NCBI GenBank assembly: GCA_043228905.1
Contig: JBHGNT010000001.1
Span: forward strand, 23,932,001-23,996,000
Length of the DNA: 64,000 nucleotides
Reading direction: 5' to 3'
Origin: Azolla caroliniana
Lineage: Eukaryota > Plantae > Polypodiophyta
Part shown: piece after piece, positions 48,556 through 61,599 of the stretch
Position numbering within the stretch: position 1 is the stretch's first letter
Layout: each line of letters begins with the position of its first letter
Program-made: the position numbers and the translations under genes
Notes under the pieces: generated by a model
Told to the model about the DNA's origin: nothing
What the model saw: only the letters and a program-made list of their open reading frames with translations
Database searches by the model: none

Positions 48556-51500
48556 TGTTACCGGCCCGACCGACAAAGGAATCGGTATGCCGTTGTCGTC
48601 TCACGCAACGATCCGGAGCCAAAAGGCACCAGACCGTTCCGGATCCGGACCGATCCCGAACAGGTGCGGATGACACCGTTTTGTGATACAGACCAGAAAC
48701 TTATTTAAAGGCCCGGATACAATGTAATGAACAACGGTTAAGTAATAAAGCTTAGTGTTGTTATCTCTCTATGTTAATTGTCGTTCTGCATTCATTGTTA
48801 TATCTTACGCGTGTGAATATTGAGGACGATTTTGCTAAGTAACTTAATTAAGTCGGATTAATCGTTGAGTCTAATCTTGTTGCTGTAACACCTCTTTGGT
48901 GAAGTGTCTTCCGTAGACACCCTGTGTTAGGCCATTGTCCGGCCCTAAGAGTTAACACAGATTTTGGCGACCATGATTCCTGTTTTTGCAGCGAACGACG
49001 GCACAGATGGATGACTAGATCAACGCACGACCTGGTTACAGATCGAACTGGACGCCTTATCGAAAGGCAAAGGAGACGTGAGGCTTTCCAGCAAGCGGCG
49101 CAGGAAATTAGAGTGGATCACTCGTTTTCCAATGTAATCCGGAGAGTAGCGAAGGACTCCCTCTGGTTACAGCAAACATCGCACTCGGACGACGACAGCA
49201 GCCTAAGCAGCCTCCGGGAAACCGAATCCCTTCTCTAGGCGTTGGCAAACGGAGAAAGCAAAGCAGAAGCCTTTTCAGCGTATGAATCGGATTCCGAAGG
49301 GGAATACAGCGTGCACACGAACTACCGTAGCAGCAACGAAACCCCGGGCGGACCGGAGGACGAAGGATCAGACACCTTACCGACACCGGAACCGGAAGTG
49401 CTAAGGCTGGAACCTCCGGAACCAGTAGAGGAAGAGCGACCTCCGACACCGGAAGTCGAAGAGGAGAGGCCTCCGTCACCAAAAGGAGAGGAAAGACCGA
49501 CGCCGGAAACAAATCAGGAAAGACCACCGACATCGGAGAAAATCCCGGAACGACCACCAACACTGCCAGCCCGCGCACCGATACCAGACGACGAAATTTC
49601 GTTCCAGTACTCCAAGTATAGAGATGATCTGGATGCGGAAGCTCATGTTCACGCCTTTGAACAGACATGGGAAGCAAACCAAGTGTCCCAGCGATTGACC
49701 CCGGAAGAAGAGGAACGCTCTAAGATAGCAGAATTTGGCGTCACATTGGAGGGACCGGCAGCAAGATGGCGCCAGACGCAGGACCCGTCTACCATCACCA
49801 CCTTCGCAGATTTAAAAGCTAAATTCTTGCATTTTTTCCAAAAGGAGGTGGACCAGACAGTAATGGTGGGCTTATTTTATACCCCAGTTTGTCATCCAGT
49901 TTCAACGGATGCATAGTCAGCTTGCCCGCGCACCCCCGGAGGAGGAATTATGGACTATATTCCTAAATGCACTCCAGGAACCCTACGCACGGTTTGCACG
50001 GTAATTAACTTCCGCACAAGTACCATCGACCAGGTCATTGACCGGGTGAGAGAGATGGAAAAGACAAGCTCCTAGCTCACACTGGGAGCACTCCAACGGT
50101 CGTTACCGTCCGATGAAGACCTCCGGTTTCGGCAAGCAATACAGTGCACAACCTGCTTGAATTCCAGACACTCGGCACTAGAATGCACTATGAGGACACA
50201 ATGTGTAATCTGTCAATCCAAGGGCCATACAACGGATAGGTGTGAGTATAATCTATTGAACCGACAAGCACTGCCCGTCCAACAAATAGAGCCATGCAGC
50301 AGCCAGGATGAAGAAGAGGAACGCTGGTGGCGAATGGACCGCGACCGACCGGCACAGGATGTCCGATATGGCGATCGACGGGAGAATGATGTCTGGTACG
50401 GTGATCGGCGAGATAACTATGACCGGCATGATAGATATGATCGGTACCGGGATTACAATAGATGATACGAACATTACGACCGGGAGCACTCCCCCGGGTA
50501 TCGTCAACAACGGGAGGAATACGGCAGATATAACGAGCAACCTCGTCAAGAGTACCGCAATAAGAAGAACTATAACAAAAAACGGCATTTCAAAAAAAGC
50601 GGCTACCCACGGGATCCAGAACAAGGAGCTTCAAGCAGCCAACCGGCCCAAAACCCCGCGCTTACCACAAGACCGGCCTCGGGTACAACAGACAATGTCG
50701 AATCCAACAATACTCGGAAAGCCTACTGCTACTATTGTCGACAGGAAGGCCATTATAGTAATCAATGCCCAGTGAAGAGCTATGAAAAACGACCGACAGT
50801 AAATATGGTAGTCCCTGAGGTTGCAGATCTGCAGCAGGTGACCACGAGGTCGAAGGGCATGGCCAAGGAATGGGAGACGCAGGAGACCATTCGGAAGCAA
50901 GTGACAGAATGGGTAAAGAAAGCAAACAAGCAGAATGTCACAGACTTACAGCGGCAAAAGGAGAACACCGTAGGGCTTGCCGGCGGCAGTTACTCCGAGA
51001 ACGAGATATAGCAGTTACTATGCCAGCCGGAAGCTATCCCAAGCAGAACAGAACTACTCTACCACGGAACAGGAAGCTCTAGGGATGATCTACAGTGTGA
51101 CAAAGTTTCGGCATTATTTATTGGGAATGAAGTTTTCCTTCCATGTAGATCATTCGGCACTCCTTTACCTGGTGTCCAAAGCGTCACTCACCGGTAAGTT
51201 GGCCCGATGGACCTTACTGTTACAGGAATTCGAGTTTGAAATATTCCACCGACCTGGTATACAGCATGCCGTGGCGGATTACTTAAGCCGATTAGAGTCC
51301 GGAGAGACGGGTGACGGAGTAGCCGATGAGTTTCCGGATGCCGAGCTGTTTCGAGTCACTACGGAAACGGCAGCAGATGAGACGGTGGCACTGGAAGACA
51401 AGTGGTTCACAAACATGCACCAGTTTCTGAGCACAGGACTGCCTCCGGAAGAGATGAACCGGGACGAACGGAAACGCCTGACGATGCAAAGCCGACATTT

Positions 51501-52751
51501 CTACTTACTACAAGACACACTTTACCACAAGGGCGCGGACGGCATATGGAGACGGGTTGTGCGCAACGATGAAAAGGACCTGATACTGAGGGAAGCCCAC
51601 TGCGGAGTTGCCGGAGGTCACTATGCCGGAGATGCGACGGCCAGGAAAATATGGCAAAGTGGCCTATGGTGGCCAACGACATTAAGAGATGCGGTACGGT
51701 ACGCAAAAGAATGTGACCTATGCCAGCGAATGGGCCAACCAACGTAGCAGGCTCGTATGCCACACAAACCGGTACTACCACTCTAGCCATTCCAGAAGTG
51801 GGGGCTGGACTTTGTTGGACCGTTCAAACCACCGACAATGAGAACGGGTAATCGGTACGTCATCGTCGTGACGGATTACTGCACGAAATGGGTGGAGGCC
51901 AAAGCCTTAAGAGACAACACCGCTGCGTCAACGACGAAATTTCTATACGAGTACATGTGGTGCCGTTACAGATGCCCAATCGAATTAATAAGCGACCAAG
52001 CGGGGCACTTTCTCGGCCAAGTAGTTGAAAGCCTGACGACATTCTATGCCGTTGTCCATAAACTGAGCACACCATACTATCCGCAAGCAAACGAGTTAGC
52101 GGAATCGACGAACAAAACGCTCGAGAATATCCTCCGGAAGATCGTCAACGAAAATCGAACGGATTGGGATACCAAGCTTCATAGCACGCTTTGGGCATAC
52201 TGGACGACATATAAAACGAGCATCCGAACAACACTGTTCCGGTTAGCGTTCGGACTAGAGGCGCTAATGCTGGTGGAATTCCAAGTACCCAGCTTACGGA
52301 TCCAGCTACGGGAACGGCTGAACGAGAAGGAATCGGAGGCAATACGGTTAACAGCGTTGTGTGAACTCGAGGAACAACAACTAGCAAGCATCCTGCACTT
52401 AGAATTGGAACAACGGCGACGAAAAGCATTTGTCGACCGGCACAGGAAAGGAAACGAAAAACTGTTCGCAATCGGCAAACCGGTGTTAGTATTTCAGACC
52501 CGAATGGGCAAGATGCCGAGTAAACTACGGTTTAGATGGACCGGACCGTATTGGCTGACACGTGAGTATAATGGGGGTCCTACCAGTTAGGGACACTTTC
52601 CGGCGAAGTGCTAGGAAAATGGGTCTACGGATTCCGATTGAAGCCATATAGAGGACCAATGCCCAAAAACCCATTTGAGTAAAGGACCGACACCGGTGCG
52701 GAAACGGCAACCTATGAGGGAAACGACAACCACCAAGACGGCAGAGATGGC
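48556..52751 (+). mobile_element. Element A2: internally deleted copy of the A1 family (LTR, gag, end of RNase H, integrase; PR and RT missing), inserted in D gag
   Basis: LTR 48556-48957 is close to 19850-20282. A deletion junction ~51015 joins ...SENE to YYASRKL. Integrase is truncated at 52751. Confidence 0.9.
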
Positions 52752-52798
52752 AGAGAGAGAGAGAGAGAGTAGCTACGAGCACTCACTGTTGTAACTAC

Positions 52799-55700
52799 TG
52801 TCGCGATGTGGCGTGCTCGAGAGTGGGGAAAACCGGCGAAAGGCTGGGTCAAAATGTGCATGTGCAATGTGTGTGCACACAAAAGTGATTAATTGTGCAT
52901 ATGCAAAATAAAAGGGAAAAGAAAGGGTGGAAAGGATGTATAGAAGCTCGTGTAAAAATTAATAGAGAGGAGAGATAAAAGGTAGACAGGAGACATGCTA
53001 TGAATTTGTAGAGATAGAATTATATATTATATAAAACAGAGTTAATGGGCTAGTGGATAGTCACATTGACCTCTAGCTAGAGGTGCACAGTTCAAATTTG
53101 TTCTTTAAATGCAACAGGATTTAAGGAATTTTATTCCTTTTGCATTGAAGACAAAATTGGTGACCCCCCCTCTTTTTTCCTATAAAAGGAGGTCGAGTAG
53201 GGCCTCATTTGGGAGGGACATTTTGGGAGGAGGAGACTATCGTCATTTTTCCTTCGGAGCCCTTATCTTCTTCTTCACCACTTCTCTTCATCTCATACCC
53301 CTTCATCCCCTCATCGCCACGTGCTCGCCTTCTTCGCGTTAGCACTCGAAGTGCTCGTGAGCCCAAGCTTCGTTGGTTCGACGTTGCTTCGCCCCGTTCG
53401 TCGTTGCGAGCCAGTGTGCTCGTCGTTCCGGTGGTCGTGGTTCGTTGGGGTTGGCATTTTGGTGGTGCTCGTGTGTTCATCTTCGTCGTGTTCGGATTTG
53501 CTCTTGTCTCTAAGGGCATTTAGTATTTATGTTTTGATTGAGCTGGTGGTTAACTAGAAGTTGCCATTGTAATCAAACCCTATTTTATAAAGGGGCCTCT
53601 TGCGTTGGAATCGAACATGTATTTATTTCTTTGGCTGATATCATTCGTGTTTCTTTCTTCTTTCTTTGTCTATGTCTTCCTTGTACGTTCGGTCGTCTTG
53701 TGATGAGGGAGCGTTTTGGGCGTGCCCATGCATCTCGCCTCCTCATAAAGACGTACAGGCATTCGTGTTTGTGTTATCGTCCCCTTGTGCGTTCATCTTG
53801 CATGCTCATCTTGCGTGCTCATCTTGCTTGTACCCGTTTGATCATTTGGCTCGTGCGGTGATCTCGAAAGGTCGACGAGTCGTGATCAACGAAAGCCACC
53901 GACCTCACAAAACAAAGGGGAACGAGCCCTTACTCGGAGAGGGTTCGTAGAGAGAGTTCGTAGAGAGGGTTCGTAGAGTGGGTTTGTTGAGAGGATTCAT
54001 AGAGAGGATTCGTAGAGTTGGTTCGTAGAGTGGAGAGGATTTGTAGAGTGAGTTCGTAGAGAGGATTCATAGGGAGGGTTCGAAGAGTGCTTTATATTTA
54101 TAAGATTTAAAATAAATAAATAAATAAATAAATAAATGTTTATCCCTTGAGTACTCCCTAGTCCAAGACCCCCGTGGTCCCGCCCAAGTAACACGCGCGT
54201 GAAACCTCGTGACATAAATTGGTGAACCCAACGTGAGAGGGCGGCAAGGGAAAACCAAGATGCGAGGAGGAGAACTCGCTGAAGTTATAGCGGCGGCGGT
54301 GGACCGCTTGGTAAATGCCCGAGAAGGCATCACCGGCCTAGATCGGGCCATAGAGACGGTGGTCAGCACAACAGGTCGATTCAATGGAAGAGATATTACG
54401 AGCCACTTGGATGCCTATAAGGCTGAAATGTTTATGCAAAACGTGCCCGAAGATAGGTGGCTAACCGGATTCGCTAGAGTGGTAACATCGAGTATCCAGG
54501 CAGAGGTACTCGAGATCCAAGCGGACTGTTGCAATTGGGTGGAGTTCGAAGAAAGACTCCTTGAGAAGTGTGGCCTTGAAGACTCGCTCAGAATTTCAAA
54601 AAGGGATCTAATGGAGTGGGTTGAGCTTCCCGATACGGGGATAAATACTATGGTAGTTCTACAAGAATTTGAGAAGCGCTTCGTGCGACTCTCGGTTCTC
54701 GATAGGATGGTGCTTGACACAAGCAAGGTCCTACTATTCATAAAGGCTATTGATGCACGAGACTGAGAGAAGGTGGGGTCCCTCCTCGAAACTGATGATG
54801 GGCTCACGACAGATTGGGCTATGGTAAAACGGGTTTGTAGTCGCTTCGATAAGAGAAGGGAATGGAATGACAAATCTCCGTTGAGCGGCCAAACATCCAC
54901 AGGCTCCATTAGTGAGACACGAACCTAGGGGTGGTAGAATACCTCAAGAAAGAGAGCAAGCAAATGCAAGGTTCGTCCCCGAGAGAAACATGGTTGAAGA
55001 ACCATCATGAGGGTCGGCAATAGACGAGCTCACAAAGATGGTGAGAGATCTCCAAATAGCGCAAGCTAGGAGAGAGAGTGGCGGCCCTCAAGATCGACAT
55101 CCCCCATTCGCGCAAAGATGTATGTGGTGCGACAACCCCGACCACCTACGAAGGGAGTGTGGAGAGTTTCAAGAGGCCCTAAGAAGGGATATTGTCTATC
55201 TTTGGAACAATTGGGTCTATTTGACGGAGACAAGGCGCCCCTTGGGATTGAATCAAGGCCGAGGGGGCATGAGAAGGCTAATGGAGGAGGCCGAAGCACG
55301 ACATGTTGAAGCCGTCCACTACTCGGCGTCGGCTGGGATCCGAGTGGGGAAAGAGGTGAGGAGGCAATGAGAGAAAGAGTTTGACTTTTGGTTGTCAATC
55401 CTTGGAAGCCTCTCTAAGGGAAAGTTCAAAAGAGAAGAAGTGGATGAAGCGGAAAGAAGGGTCCAAGAAGCAACCGGGTGGAAGGATCCGGTGGAAGAAA
55501 AGTCAGGCTTAGTGGAAGCTGCTTGCCAAAACTAGGAAGTAATGGTAGGAGAGAAGAAGGTAGGAAATGACGAGGGAGCCGGTCCATCAAGGAATTACGA
55601 CGCTCGAGGTGCACGAAGAAGGGAAGAGCCGAACCAGTCTCAAGCATGCGCTGAAAGATGGAAAGAGAAGGGGAACCCCCCCAACTTCAAGCTTTGCTCG

Positions 55701-56630
55701 GAGATCGAACAAGCAGTGGACTTGAAGAAGGTAGTGGAGGAAAGGATCCTCGATAATCGCGTAGAGTTTACTCCGCGAGAGGTCCTTGGAATTGCCAAGA
55801 AAGAATTCCACGAGGTCATCATCAACCTAATGAAGAGGAAGCGACTCTCGACGGAGCAAGAAGTAGCAAAGCCCACAATTGTAAATGTATTGTCAATTGA
55901 GGTCCCTGAGGAAGACGAAGACTATTTAGACAGTCACTACATGAGGCCGCATTGGGCGAGAGCGACAATGGAGACACCGATACGGGTCGGTGATGTAAAA
56001 GAGTCGGTTGTAGCATTGATCAACCATGGCTTTGAGATCAACCTTATGTCCATGGAATTTTATAAAAAGGGAAAGTGGCCGATCAACACGAAGCATGGGT
56101 GGAAGATTAGAGCAGCGACCCGAGCAACCGAGGAGCTATACGGGGCTTGCCTGAATGTACGTGTGAAGGCGGGGGACGTAGAAATAGATCAACATTTCTT
56201 TGTTCAAGAGACGTCCTCGCACCTGGTCATCTTGGGTGAACCATACATCACGGCGGCTCGCATGGAGACGAAGGTGCTAGACCACGGGTCGGCATATGCG
56301 AGGGTCAAGAGCCAAGATGGGAAGCATTCGGTCCAATTCCTTACGGTGAGGCCCAACCATGAGCGCAATCGGGCCTCCCTCAAAGGGGAGAGCCGAGAGG
56401 ATTTTTGATGCGGGTTATTAAAGAGTGGGGCCGCAATAGCCCGTTGCAAACTAGGACCCTAAACCCTTGTTAATATTAAATGTAATAGGAAACAGTTTTG
56501 GTTCTCTGAAAATGGAGCTTGTAAAATTACTAGTTTAAGTGATAGAGATAAGTCTAGGGACAAGAGATACAAAAGGTATCTCAAACAATGTAATTTATTG
56601 GGGGAAGATGACACCATAAGCGGCCTTAGG
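52799..56630 (+). mobile_element. Ty3/gypsy element D: 5' LTR (52799-54214), tRNA-Trp PBS, decayed gag-protease; pol missing
   Basis: PBS TGGTGAACCCAACGTGA at 54220-54236 and ATG at 54260. GRFNGRDIT gag start, CMWCDNPDHLRREC knuckle, protease-like ALINHGFEINL...ILGEP. ORF ends at 56408. Confidence 0.82.
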
Positions 56631-56639
56631 GAAATCTCA

Positions 56640-57820
56640 AGCAATTCATGTCAGACCTTGGCCTAACAATAGCCGCCTTGCAGAGCTTGAGGGGGAGTAC
56701 AATATAGTATAGCCGATCAGTTGATCAAATCCAACTAAGGGGATTCGAAGCACGAAACTAGATAAGCCACATTAATTGAACAAGGAGCACGAAGTAGTCG
56801 GACAAAGGAGAACATATATAAGTCGACTAGTCGAAGCTGATTCGACCAACCATCCGGACATAATCGAGGAATTTAGAAAGCCAAAACGAGCCAAACAGCA
56901 AGACGACTTTCTGGCGACCAGAAGTTGTGTTTGAAGGGGCGTGTTGAGAATCAAACCCAACTTCCCCAAAGTAATGGCTTTCACACTAAAATTGGACACA
57001 CTAGGTGTAGGCTACTTTTGTAAATAGTAGAAAGGGTAGTTGCCCCAAATTAGTTGGTATTTAAACCAACCCTTTTGTAATTATGTTACTATTGGATGTA
57101 TTTCTCATTAAAACCAATTTGGCAAACAACATTTCCACCCATTTCCGAAAGAGAGGAATGTGAGCAAAGGACTCTTAGATGTAGTCCATTCTTATGTGTG
57201 GGGATTAGCCTAGACGGCCACATTCGGAGGATGTCGATACTATGTCACATTCATCAACAACTACTCCAACCACACCGGCATATTCCCCATGCGATAGAAG
57301 AATGAAGTGTGAGCAGAAGTTTAAGAGCAGGGCTAAAAAAGAAATGGGCCAACATGTTGGGTGCCTTTGATCGGATAAAGGAAAATAATACTTTTCCGAT
57401 GATTTCATAGCCTATCTCTAGTAAGAAGGCATTCAAAGAGAATTCATGTGTCGACATACACAGCAACAGAACGGTGTAGCCAAACGGAAGAATCGGCACA
57501 TCCTCGAGCTAGCAAGGACCATGCTAAACGAGAAGCATATGCTGAAATCATACTAGGTTGACACAACAAATATTATCGTCTACCTCTTGAATGGGTGCAC
57601 AACATCCAGTGTGCATGACATTACCTCCCATGAAAAATACTTTGGGAAGAAGCCAAACTTATCTCACCTCAAGATAATCGGCTCAATTGCATTCGTACAT
57701 ATTCTCGATGAGAAGCAACAAAAGCTCAATCCGAAATCGGAGAACTGTATCCTTGTGGGGTACTCACTTGGGCAAAAAGGGTACAAATGCTTCAACCCCT
57801 CCACTCGGAAGGCTGTTATA
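56640..57820 (+). mobile_element. Scrambled Ty1/copia remnants (RNase H end, PPT/LTR start ~56942, integrase fragment)
   Basis: SLRGS-type terminus TTGAGGGGGAG ~56687; GAAGGGGCG|TGTTGAG at 56942; QQNGVA.RKNRHI and KKPNLSHLK...LVGY...KGYKC. Confidence 0.7.
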
Positions 57821-58030
57821 GGTCGTGGTTGCCAAAGTTGTGTTTATCCCGGGCTGGACTAAGCCATAAACACAGAGTATCTGTTACGGAACACTTCCCC
57901 AAAGGGGTGGTTAAGGTATGGGTGCTATCCGGTGTTTATCTGATTCCGATCCGACTATTCCCAGATGCCTTCCGGAATACTTAATGTGCAACCGATTACT
58001 TATAACACGTGTAAGATTAATAGTTTAAGC
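57821..58030 (-). mobile_element. Inverted LTR-end/PBS fragment of the A/C gypsy lineage
   Basis: The reverse complement reads CCCGGGATAAACACAACTTTGGCAACCAC, matching the C LTR end and PBS (40068-40096). Confidence 0.6.
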
Positions 58031-59640
58031 AAAGAATGGCAAGTACACAAGAGTCATCACACTTGACTCTCCGTACATCTCGTACAATAACAAAGGACAC
58101 AAAAGGGGGGCAATAACTTATGCACTGAAGAGAAGATTATATTAATTAACTAAAAATCATCAATTGAACACAATCAACATGGGTTTTATATATAAGTTCT
58201 CAAGGGACTACCACATTAAATGTGGTTTGTGGAGTCTAGTTATAGGCATCTACTTGAATACGATTTAGACATAAGAATATCTAATATTCTTTGACCACAT
58301 TTACACTTGTCAACTAACTAGATATCACAATCTAATTCTTCATGTAAATAGATAGTTGCCACAAAATTACAATAAAGTGTACTCACACACTTTTTCATGG
58401 TCGTGCTTCTCTCAACACGCCCCCTCAAAATCAATTGTGTGTTTCTTAAGCTTGGTTGTCTTAATGTAGTTGAATACACGATCAAAGTTGCTCAAATGGT
58501 TGGACCGTGGTTTTCACATTGCTCCAATCACTCGATCTCGATCAGGAAGGGTTGATCTTGCTAATCTTGTCAAGTTTTTTTCACACACAGTGGAGCTTGT
58601 TTCTCAACACGCCCCTCAAAATCAATTATGTGTCCTCTTAAGTTGAAGATGCGATCAAAGTTGTTCAAACTGCTAGACCGTGGTTTTGACATTGCTCCAA
58701 TGTACTCTCTATCAAGCAAGGTCGATCTTGACGATCTTGTCGAGGTTTTTCACGAGGCTTATCTGACCATTGTTTTTCTCCATGAGCCAATGCACACTAG
58801 AGATTATTTCTAATGTAAGCATGAAATAAGGAAATAAATGATAGATAGTAAAGAAAAAGAGAGAGAAAGAGAAGTGTTGATCCACCTAAACACCTTTGAG
58901 CAAAGGGATTGAGACAAACTCAAACCTTGATTGGCATCTTATACCATGATCATGGCATTGAGTTGTACTTGGTATTGGTGCGCTTGCTACAAGAATATGT
59001 TCACCACAAGATCACAATTTAACAGAGTTGTATGATGTGTCTAATGAGGGTAGCTAGGTCTCATATTTATAGCCAGACCTAAAGCTCCTAGGCAAGTTCA
59101 CACTTGGCCCTTATGGGTTGTCTCAATCCCTAGGATTAAAAGTAATCCTCCCTTATTTACAGTCTTGGTTAACCCTCACACTTGTCGATTCAAAGTCAAG
59201 ACTATCTTCGGCTTCAAAATTCTAGGCTTTGAAAAGGCTTCCTCAAACTTGCTGGGTTAGGTTTAATTAGATATGCTAGGCTTACTTTGTTGATGCCAAC
59301 CTCGCCCTTCCTCTTTTGGATACCTTAGGTGTTGATTCTCCATGTGTTCCTTGGCTCGGTTTCGTCTCTCATCTTTGTACTTCTAGTCCATCCCAAACTC
59401 AACATGTCGAGTGGTCTAAGGCCTAGATCCATTGACAATTGTTGTAACTTGTAGAGAACTAGTGCCTTTGTGAAAAAATTGACCACTCACTCATTGGTGC
59501 CGATGTATTTGAGGTCAATGTTCGTTCCCTAATATAATGATAGTGCATGTCGATGTGCTTAGTCTTGGGGTGAAGCACCAAATCATTTGAGAACTAGTCA
59601 CCATGCATTGGTATCAACTCATTGACCAACGACTGTAGAG
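58030..59640 (-). mobile_element. Degraded minus-strand Ty1/copia remnants
   Basis: Minus-strand HPKTKHIDMHYHYIRE...FTKAL at ~59460-59580. The PPT/LTR start (TTGAGGGG(G)CG|TGTTGAGA) occurs twice, ~58410-58430 and ~58602-58620. Confidence 0.6.
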
Positions 59641-60049
59641 TTTACGGGATATCAAGAGGTATTAATTTCTACAATGCATGATCTTACAATGTGTAACATC
59701 GAAATAGGTTGTGTAACATCTTTATGACTTTTTTCACTTCATTGCCAATGGCTTCCCCTCAAAGACAACATAAAACATAGTCCTCAACGATGATGATGAA
59801 CCAGACACCCAAGAATACACCCCTAAACCCTAAACACCCAGTTTAGGCAAATGGGTCCTAACATCTATTTTGGAAACAAACACACAGGCTCCTTGTGTTA
59901 TGCACATATATAGGTATACATTTAGGATTAACTTAGTTTAGAGATCCACCAGCTATTAGTCAGCCATTGAGAGGCTTTAATATGTGTGGATATGCATTCA
60001 GAATGTCAACTGAATCAAATCAGACCAATTATTTATTACAGAAACTTAC

Positions 60050-61414
60050 AGCACGATCAAACTCTAGCATAAAACAACGCTTCACGTCTTCCTCGGTAGG
60101 TTTGCAGCCACACCGATCCCTTCTTGATGACAAATCAGAAAACCTTGTATTAGTATAATGAAGAACTGCAGCCTCTTCAAACTTTATGTCCCTGGTCCAA
60201 GTCCAATGTAGGTTGCATAAGCAAACAATATACAATAACAGCATAATCTACGTAGCTAGTAAATGTATTTCAAAAACTTTGATATGTTCCTGTCTGGACA
60301 CATCAAAATCTTAAATCTGAAACTTGAAAATGAAGAATCTTCTCACTTGCCAGGTGTTTTCATATAGTTGTGCCGCCTATGGGCACCATTTGGACGGAGA
60401 TGATCTTGTATGCGAGCAGCAGACTTTCCATTTCCATAGGTCAAGAAGTAATTTGGATTCCCTTGTGTAGCTTCTTTGTACAAACCGAAATATGTCTCTT
60501 TGGTAACATGACCATAATTCTTCTTGAACATGATCACCTAAAAAGCACGTACAATATTAATATCTAAAATGTCAACAAGAAGCATTTTTGTCACCCATAT
60601 GAAAGATCACAAGATAGTTACTGGTTAACATTTATCTTCTTAAGCGGCACGTAAACCAAATATTTTTTTGGATGCAGCTCACAAGTAATGTTTAAACTAT
60701 ACTAATCTCAAATAGTGTATCCCATTCCATCAACATTTCATAATTAGTCTTTCATATCTTTCATCTAGTGTTGTTGACATCTTGCTTGAAATTATATATA
60801 TATATCTTTCAACTCTCTAGGCTGCAGTTAATCATTCACCTCATTGGAATTTTGTGGACTATCTTTACATCTTTTTAAATGACATAGAAATTCACGCACC
60901 TCTTTCTACAAGCAAGAAATAATATTAAACATCTCTAAAAATTTGAGACTCGCGAATTACAAGGGAAATGATCTCTATACAGGAAGATGACAAATTTCAC
61001 ACCATGTTTTTATTCCACTTCTCAAACATCCAGCTATGTTTCATAAGATTTACAATCATAAGATGATAAAAAAGGGTGCTTTTGAAATTTCTGGCAATTC
61101 CTCAGAATTACCACAAGAAAAAGAAACATTGCACCCAATGGATTGGTAATCATGACCTAGCTTAATAAGAAAGACATCTGTATTGCTTTAGGGCATGGCA
61201 TATAGTGGAAACATAGATAGATCCAATATCCTTGAACAAAACAGGTATGTAATTATAGTACAAACGTTCATGTAGAAGGGCTCATGACTAGCCATGGGAT
61301 TGATATAGCTCAAAGAACCATCATAATAAACTGTTCAATGGAAACTACGACAATTAAAGATATAAAAAATCCCAGAAAAGATCATGCTAGTAGTTGTCTT
61401 ACCTCAGTGAAAGG
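60050..61414 (-). pseudogene. KOB1: Fragment of the glycosyltransferase-like gene KOBITO1/ELD1/ABI8: two complete exons with introns plus a PFTE exon stub
   Basis: Exon 60537-60347 encodes MFKKNY...[42 protein letters not shown]. Exon 60191-60050 encodes EEAAVLHYT...[26 protein letters not shown]. Both have AG/GT borders in phase. The stub PFTE|GTAAG ends at 61403. Flanking exons are not found. Confidence 0.85.
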
Positions 61415-61507
61415 GGGTGCTTGCTTGCTTGCGGGAGAATCGAAATTTGATTAAATTCATCCATTACGATAGTTGATCAAAAGAAGACTAAGTGAATGAG
61501 AACTAAC

Positions 61508-61599
61508 CTGACAAACTTGCTTCCAGCTGGAGTTATTCTGAATAATTTCAAGCAATATTCTGCCACAAAAATGCCGTGCTTTCACTACTTGCTCACTAC
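61508..61599 (-). other. Isolated exon-like segment of an unidentified gene
   Basis: Minus-strand CAG|...CAG|GTTAGT borders around an open frame, GSEQVVKARHFCGRILLEIIQNNSSWKQVCQ. It does not resemble KOB1. Confidence 0.4.

Noticed and set aside
59821-59834. Telomere-like CCCTAAACCCTAAA (also ~56457)
   Set aside because: Only two units; too short to indicate an interstitial telomere or a healed break.
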